A DNA stretch of 64,000 nucleotides, from the NCBI GenBank assembly GCA_964413735.1, contig CAYPSS010000002.1:80261-144260 (forward strand), written 5' to 3'. The notes under the pieces are model-generated. The model ran no database searches, was not told the DNA's origin, and saw only the letters and a list, made by a program, of their open reading frames with translations. Below, piece by piece: positions 59,084 to 64,000 of the stretch. Source of the stretch: an uncultured Gammaproteobacteria bacterium. GTDB lineage: Bacteria; Patescibacteriota; Patescibacteriia; UBA11705. Both the position numbers and the translations under genes were made by a program. The first letter of the stretch is position 1. Each line of letters begins with the position of its first letter.

Positions 59084-59836
59084 TTATTTATTGATAAATT
59101 CTTTAATGGCAAACATCTCCAACACCTTATTAATTTGTTTTTCATTCCAACCATTATTATTAACCGCATTTTTCCAATTAACAATTGCCGGTTTTTTTAA
59201 TAATCCACGACAACCCCAACAAGCTTGTTTACTCTTGAGACAAATTGCATTGCATCCACCTTGAATAATCGGTCCCAAACAAATTTCACCTTTTTGCAAC
59301 AAACACTCATAACCATTAGTCATACATTCAAAACAAACCGGATTTTGTTTTATTTTCGGGACTTTCCCTACCACCAAGGAATAAATAAAACGGAGAATTT
59401 CCTCCTTAATAATCGGACAGGTCGGTAAATTAAGATCAACTTTCACATATTCCGTCAAAGGTTTAATTGGCGGATTATCAAGCTTTTTATCACCGGAATA
59501 AATATGCTCCATGATTTTTTGTGAATCTTGATAATTTTTCAAATGATAAATACCGCCCAAATGAGCACAAGAGCCACAAGCCACCAAATATTTGGTATTA
59601 CTCCTGATTTTTTTTAGATTAATAATATTTTCTTTTGTTACCGGACTACCCTCCACAAAAACCACATCTAATTTTTGCTCACTAAAAAAATAATCATCTT
59701 CAAAAAGACGAAATTCCACAATATCGATTTTATCTTTTAATTCAACAAATCTTTCTCGCAAACCTAAAAGCTCCACATAGCAACCCTCACAACTGGTCAA
59801 TGAGACAAAGGCGAATTTAAGCTTTTTTTGCACCAT
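59084..59836 (-). CDS. hydD: [NiFe]-hydrogenase small (delta) subunit
   Basis: Proximal-cluster Cys pattern SLTSCEGCYVELL, ...ACGSCAHLGG..., plus further Cys clusters (CFECMTNGYEC, CLGP...GGCNAIC, CWGC). Confidence 0.8.
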   Translation of the reverse strand: MVQKKLKFAFVSLTSCEGCYVELLGLRERFVELKDKIDIVEFRLFEDDYFFSEQKLDVVFVEGSPVTKENIINLKKIRSNTKYLVACGSCAHLGGIYHLKNYQDSQKIMEHIYSGDKKLDNPPIKPLTEYVKVDLNLPTCPIIKEEILRFIYSLVVGKVPKIKQNPVCFECMTNGYECLLQKGEICLGPIIQGGCNAICLKSKQACWGCRGLLKKPAIVNWKNAVNNNGWNEKQINKVLEMFAIKEFINK

Positions 59837-60290
59837 AATTTATTAAGATATCAATTAATTGCTCCGCTTTTTGAGTGGAAATAAAATATTTTTTTTGATC
59901 ATTTTTATCAATAAACTGAATTCCTACGCCTCCCTGAGCCACAAAACCCATAACTTTATCACGACTAAACCGTAAACCATAACCGCCAAACTTCAAAAAA
60001 GAAACCTTCTGAAATTCCAACTTCTCAATATTCTTAATCCAAATTCTTTTTTTGAATAAACCGAAATTTACCAATATCTTTTGTTCATCAACTACAATCT
60101 TCAGATAGCTAAAATTAACAATCGTAAAAATTAAAATCAAACAAATTAATCCCAGCAACCAAAATGGCGGATTTTCTTCGGGTATTGACGACGGAAAAAT
60201 TAAAAGATAAATCATAAAAACCAATACAACCAGACTGATCAAAACAAAAATAAACGGGATATAAACTTTTTCTTCAAAAATATAATTCAT
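59817..60290 (-). CDS. Bacterial PH-domain (bPH_2/YdbT-like) membrane protein inserted between the hydrogenase gamma and delta genes
   Basis: Two TM helices are followed by an 80-aa soluble domain, the architecture of DUF304/bPH_2. Overlaps neighbours on both sides. Confidence 0.4.
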   Translation of the reverse strand: MNYIFEEKVYIPFIFVLISLVVLVFMIYLLIFPSSIPEENPPFWLLGLICLILIFTIVNFSYLKIVVDEQKILVNFGLFKKRIWIKNIEKLEFQKVSFLKFGGYGLRFSRDKVMGFVAQGGVGIQFIDKNDQKKYFISTQKAEQLIDILINYGAKKA

Positions 60291-61102
60291 ATATCAATAT
60301 GTTCTTTACCAAATTTCTTTAATTGTTCATGTGTGAAAACCGGGCCATCCGTGCAAGTATAAACCGGACCGCAAACACAATGCTGACACTGACCGGTACC
60401 GCAATACATTCGTCGTTCCAAAGAAAAATATATTTTATCTGACGAAATGCCACGTTCATTCAAAACCTTGGCCACAAATTTATACATTGGTTCAGGTCCG
60501 CAACAAAACACCATCGCATTAGGCAATAATTTCACCTTAACCAATAAATCGGTTATATATCCCTGAGAGTTTGCTAATACCTGATGGTTACCTTGTTCTA
60601 ATACCAAATATGTTTCACTTTTTTTCTGCCACTTAGGCCAATTGTTTCCAAAAACCATAGTTTCTTGGCTTTTACAACCCATGAATATTTGCATTTTAAC
60701 ATCTGCTCGATCAATATTTTGCTCAATTACTGATTTCAATGGAATAAAGCCACACCCTCCACCAACAATAATCACATTACCATTTACTTCCGGAAAACCA
60801 TTACCAAAAGGACCTCTAATATAAAGGCTATCACCTTTTTTCAAAGAATTAATTTTTTCTGACAATTCTCCGGCCGTTCGCACACAAATTTCAAAGTAAT
60901 CTTGACTTTTCCCGGCGGCTGAAGACAAAGTAAAGGGAGCATCACCATAACCCGGCAAACCAACCATCAAAAACTGACCGGCAATAAAATGAAAATCTTT
61001 TTGAATTTTAGTATCAAATTTCAAACGAAAACAATTTATCAAATCATTTTCTTTTTTCACGCTTATGATTATCGCCTTTTGAGGCAAAAAACTGTTTTTC
61101 AT
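60287..61102 (-). CDS. hydG: Hydrogenase gamma subunit (FAD/NAD(P)-binding oxidoreductase with a C-terminal 2Fe-2S, PyrK-like)
   Basis: FNR-like fold motifs (FHFIAGQFLMV, RGPFGNGF, IIVGGGCGFIPLKSV). C-terminal Cys cluster CGTGQCQHCVC. Confidence 0.75.
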   Translation of the reverse strand: MKNSFLPQKAIIISVKKENDLINCFRLKFDTKIQKDFHFIAGQFLMVGLPGYGDAPFTLSSAAGKSQDYFEICVRTAGELSEKINSLKKGDSLYIRGPFGNGFPEVNGNVIIVGGGCGFIPLKSVIEQNIDRADVKMQIFMGCKSQETMVFGNNWPKWQKKSETYLVLEQGNHQVLANSQGYITDLLVKVKLLPNAMVFCCGPEPMYKFVAKVLNERGISSDKIYFSLERRMYCGTGQCQHCVCGPVYTCTDGPVFTHEQLKKFGKEHIDI

Positions 61103-61167
61103 AACGGATCATGTGTCATATTACATTTAACATGTTTCATATTCGGTCAAGCATCGTTAAACTATAT

Positions 61168-61524
61168 TTAATAAATACCATAAGACAATTCTTTGATGCA
61201 GGATTTAGTTGAATAATGGATATATTCTTTTGTAGAATATTTTCCTCCTCGCAAAAAACAAACAAATCTATTTGTAATTTTACAAAAAGATGCCTCAACT
61301 CCAATCCCCACTAACTTATTTTCAATTTCTCCTCCGACCAGAAAACAAGCCGGTTGGAAATTAAACCTATTATTATATAAAATTTTTGGATCAGGCGTTG
61401 GGTCAATCGAAATAAAATCACCCGTTTGTAAATCAATAAAACATGGAGAAAGTATTACTAAGGATAAATAAGATATAAACAACACAAAAAGAGCAATTAT
61501 TACGATCTTCTTATTTCTTTTCAT
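61168..61524 (-). CDS. Small membrane-anchored hypothetical protein inserted between the hydrogenase beta and gamma genes
   Basis: Signal/TM segment KIVIIALFVLFISYLSLVIL, then a 90-aa Cys-containing domain. Confidence 0.4.
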   Translation of the reverse strand: MKRNKKIVIIALFVLFISYLSLVILSPCFIDLQTGDFISIDPTPDPKILYNNRFNFQPACFLVGGEIENKLVGIGVEASFCKITNRFVCFLRGGKYSTKEYIHYSTKSCIKELSYGIY

Positions 61525-62500
61525 ATTTTTTAATTAAATCTTGCAAATTCTTAGCAATATTTATTCCAACCGGACAAACTTTAAAACAACGCATACAACT
61601 GACACACCCGGGGAAATTAAATTCCTCGGGAATTCGAACAAATTTATGATAATACCAAAAATAAATTTTCTTTTTTATCGTATCAAGCGGTTCATGACCA
61701 CCGGCCATTTCGGAAAAATCATTATAAAAGCATGAAGACCATTGCCTTTGACGAACAATCTTATCTTTTTGCGGAATATCAATTGTATCAAAACAAAAAC
61801 AAGTAGGACAAGCCATAGTACAACGACCGCAAGCAATGCATTTGGCATTCAATTCATCCCAAATTTCTTTGGAAAAACTATCTTTTACCCGTTGATAAAA
61901 ATCTCTTAACCTTAACGGTTGGCCCTTTTCCGGCACATAACCCACAAATTCAATATGCTCATAATCCAAAATATTATTATCTTCCAAAATATTTTGGCCC
62001 TTTTCCGACCCGGAGAAAACATTAAACTTACCGTTTTTTTGTCGTTCTATGAAAATATCAAAACTCCGATGTTCCAAAATATCTTCTTCAAATTTCTCAT
62101 GCCAAATTTTATATTTACGAAAATCATTCTCAATCCCATTACTGTAACCCACAACCAATAAATTACGACGGCGACGCAAATAGTATGAATCTTTGGCAAA
62201 AACTTGCTCAAACAAACTAAATGCTTCCAAATCCATAATATTCATACCCCAAGCTGTTATCAACTGATTTCCTTGAATAATTTCTTTTGCTTTACCCTGA
62301 TTATCAAATTCAACCAAATTTTCACGAACAGGTAAAAATAAATTTTTAAATGTATTTTCCGGCACCACACCGGACCAATCGATTTTCTGCAAATTATCCA
62401 CCGCAGAAACTAAAAGCCGGCCATTGTTTTTAACCGGTGCATAAATAATTGATTTCTCAAACAAATTATCTAATAGATTTTTTAATTCTACTTGTTTCAT
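61511..62500 (-). CDS. hydB: Hydrogenase beta subunit (4Fe-4S ferredoxin-type)
   Basis: Two Fe-S Cys motifs: CIACGRCTMACPTCFCFDT and CVSCMRCFKVCPVG. Confidence 0.75.
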   Translation of the reverse strand: MKQVELKNLLDNLFEKSIIYAPVKNNGRLLVSAVDNLQKIDWSGVVPENTFKNLFLPVRENLVEFDNQGKAKEIIQGNQLITAWGMNIMDLEAFSLFEQVFAKDSYYLRRRRNLLVVGYSNGIENDFRKYKIWHEKFEEDILEHRSFDIFIERQKNGKFNVFSGSEKGQNILEDNNILDYEHIEFVGYVPEKGQPLRLRDFYQRVKDSFSKEIWDELNAKCIACGRCTMACPTCFCFDTIDIPQKDKIVRQRQWSSCFYNDFSEMAGGHEPLDTIKKKIYFWYYHKFVRIPEEFNFPGCVSCMRCFKVCPVGINIAKNLQDLIKKYEKK

Positions 62501-62571
62501 ACCTTCCCATTATACAAAATTTCTCCTGTTGTGTAAACAAAAAACAAGCTGTTCCCAGCCTGTTTTTGTAT

Positions 62572-62685
62572 TTAAGCTTTTTTTCTCATTTTTCTAGCTC
62601 GCTTCAAAATGGTCTTTGACTTGCGATCCTTTTTTACCGGATTAAGAAACTTACTTTTGCGATCAGTTGGTCGAACTTTTTTCAT
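62572..62685 (-). CDS. Possible 37-aa highly basic small ORF
   Basis: MKKVRPTDRKSKFLNPVKKDRKSKTILKRARKMRKKA, followed by a hairpin plus U-run. SD is weak. Below the ORF-track cutoff. Confidence 0.2.
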   Translation of the reverse strand: MKKVRPTDRKSKFLNPVKKDRKSKTILKRARKMRKKA

Positions 62686-62831
62686 ATTGGAATATTAAAA
62701 ATTATAAACAAATAATATCATCAAAAGTAATAATAGTCAAGCCTTGGTTTCATTTACATAATAAAGAAAAAAATAATCTTATTCAACAACCTATATAATT
62801 ATACAACTATTTAAAAATACCGCAACGAAAA

Positions 62832-62859
62832 TAAACAAAAACCCGAGCATTTTCGGGTT
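62832..62859 (-). terminator. Intrinsic terminator for the Cys-rich gene at 62871..63353
   Basis: AACCCGAGC-ATTT-TCGGGTT plus T-run. Nearly identical to the terminator at 63400-63426. Confidence 0.6.
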
Positions 62860-62870
62860 ATACACAAAAT

Positions 62871-63353
62871 TCAATCAATCATTGGTTTTCCGAATTGCGA
62901 CTGGCATTCAACCGAATAAGGCACCCAAAAACTTAATTTCATTTCTTGTCGATTCTCACTTCTTTTTTTGAATATTCTTTTTATTTTATGAAGATTAGCA
63001 TCCACCAAGCATTTTCGACAATTTGGATCAAGATTGACAATATCAATTTCAATTCGAACATCAGTCGCTAAACACTCCGATTTTTCACTACACCATCCAC
63101 CGCTGCAACTTCTAGCCGTAAAATAAACAGCACAATATTCTTCAGCTCTTGCTTTAGCTATAGCTTCCATACAAATATATACTTTTTTCGAGAAAGTTTT
63201 TATTTCACCTGGCACACAATAATCAGATGAATCATTGGTAATTTTTTGTTTTTTTTCTGAAGGAACAATGACCGTGGCACACGATACAAAAGCCACTAAA
63301 CAACAAAGGAAAAAAGCTACACGAGACATTCGCACCCTCCGATGAGAGTCCAA
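62871..63353 (-). CDS. Secreted or lipoprotein Cys-rich small protein, tandem paralog 1
   Basis: Signal peptide with lipobox-like FVSC. 12 Cys. The C-terminal motif REMKLSFWVP is shared with the paralog. Confidence 0.5.
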   Translation of the reverse strand: MDSHRRVRMSRVAFFLCCLVAFVSCATVIVPSEKKQKITNDSSDYCVPGEIKTFSKKVYICMEAIAKARAEEYCAVYFTARSCSGGWCSEKSECLATDVRIEIDIVNLDPNCRKCLVDANLHKIKRIFKKRSENRQEMKLSFWVPYSVECQSQFGKPMID

Positions 63354-63399
63354 GTTAATTGTATTCTTTTATATCAAAAACAACAATTACTTTTCCACA

Positions 63400-63426
63400 A
63401 GCAAAAACCCGAGCATTGTCGGGTTA
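63400..63426 (-). terminator. Intrinsic terminator for the Cys-rich gene at 63442..63900
   Basis: AACCCGAGC-ATTG-TCGGGTT plus T-run. Confidence 0.6.
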
Positions 63427-63441
63427 TAATAAATTTATTTT

Positions 63442-63900
63442 TCACTTGTTCACCTTTTCCAATCCCCAATACTGATCCTGACACTGTTTTTTAATCAATG
63501 GCACCCAAAAACTCATTTTCATTTCACGACCCAAATAATGCATTTTGTTTAGCATTAAAAATAACAACATTTGGTCTTGCTGATCCAAACAATCAGGGCA
63601 AGGAGGTTCCCAAGAAACAATTATCGGACGCTGACGTGTCAACTTCAAAGCACAAGTAAAAATCGGAAAACATTGATCACCCAAACAACTTTGTTTCACT
63701 GATAAAATCTCACAATACTCTTCATTAATCATTTTTCCCAAAACAACCATGCAAAAACACTCGTGATCATTGATTTTCTTTGTTTCTCCTAATTCACACA
63801 ACAAATCAAGATGCTCCGGCTGTGATGTTTTCTTGTCCAAAACATCGGTAGACGCACAACCGAAAATGATTACCCCAAAAACTATAATAATCCGAGTCAT
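63442..63900 (-). CDS. Secreted or lipoprotein Cys-rich small protein, tandem paralog 2
   Basis: Signal peptide with IIFGC. Cys-rich. The C terminus has REMKMSFWVPL. Confidence 0.5.
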   Translation of the reverse strand: MTRIIIVFGVIIFGCASTDVLDKKTSQPEHLDLLCELGETKKINDHECFCMVVLGKMINEEYCEILSVKQSCLGDQCFPIFTCALKLTRQRPIIVSWEPPCPDCLDQQDQMLLFLMLNKMHYLGREMKMSFWVPLIKKQCQDQYWGLEKVNK

Positions 63901-64000
63901 TTTTCCCTCCCCGGATTACAAGGCTAAGATAATAATATTATATCTTAATCAATAATTATCGTAAAATCCTTATTTTTTTATTCGTATTCGTAAACTGTTC

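Overview
The window is AT-rich (roughly 33-35% GC by eye), gene-dense and mostly minus-strand coding, with short genes and no SD in front of several of them. The gene content fits a small-genome, Candidate-Phyla-Radiation-like bacterium, but that lineage call is inference only.

Core genes I can support:
- Five aminoacyl-tRNA synthetases: gltX, serS, lysS, proS, metG.
- A mreB-mreC-mreD-mrdA cell-shape cluster.
- A complete F1Fo ATP synthase operon (atpZ-like, then B, E, F, H, A, G, D, C).
- A pgk-eno-gpmI-gpmI glycolytic cluster with two divergent iPGM paralogs.
- greA, mutM, uppP, mltG, manC, rsmI, tatD, two NUDIX proteins, a TagA/WecG-NUDIX fusion, and one tRNA-Gly(CCC).

Unusual content:
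1. A roughly 2.2 kb compositionally foreign islet at 1857-4010, with one gene at about 65-68% GC, flanked by 28-bp tandem repeats.
2. An orphan sensor histidine kinase bracketed by two paralogous mini beta-carbonic-anhydrase-like genes.
3. A group-3b-type [NiFe] hydrogenase operon (beta, gamma, delta, alpha) interleaved with three membrane-anchored ORFs. Its large subunit ends exactly at the Ni-binding His, with no C-terminal extension. A HypA-like gene that lacks the zinc-finger segment sits 3 kb upstream.
4. A beta-class DNA methyltransferase next to two tandem paralogous unknown genes and a translin/TRAX-like gene.
5. Tandem Cys-rich secreted paralogs whose terminators were duplicated along with them.
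6. At least three GC-rich, hairpin-dense intergenic elements that look like structured ncRNAs: one with a perfect sigma70 promoter and an intrinsic terminator, and one upstream of pgk with RNase P CR-I/CR-V-like motifs. I could not assign any of them to a family without a covariance-model search.

No rRNA, CRISPR array or obvious transposase was seen.
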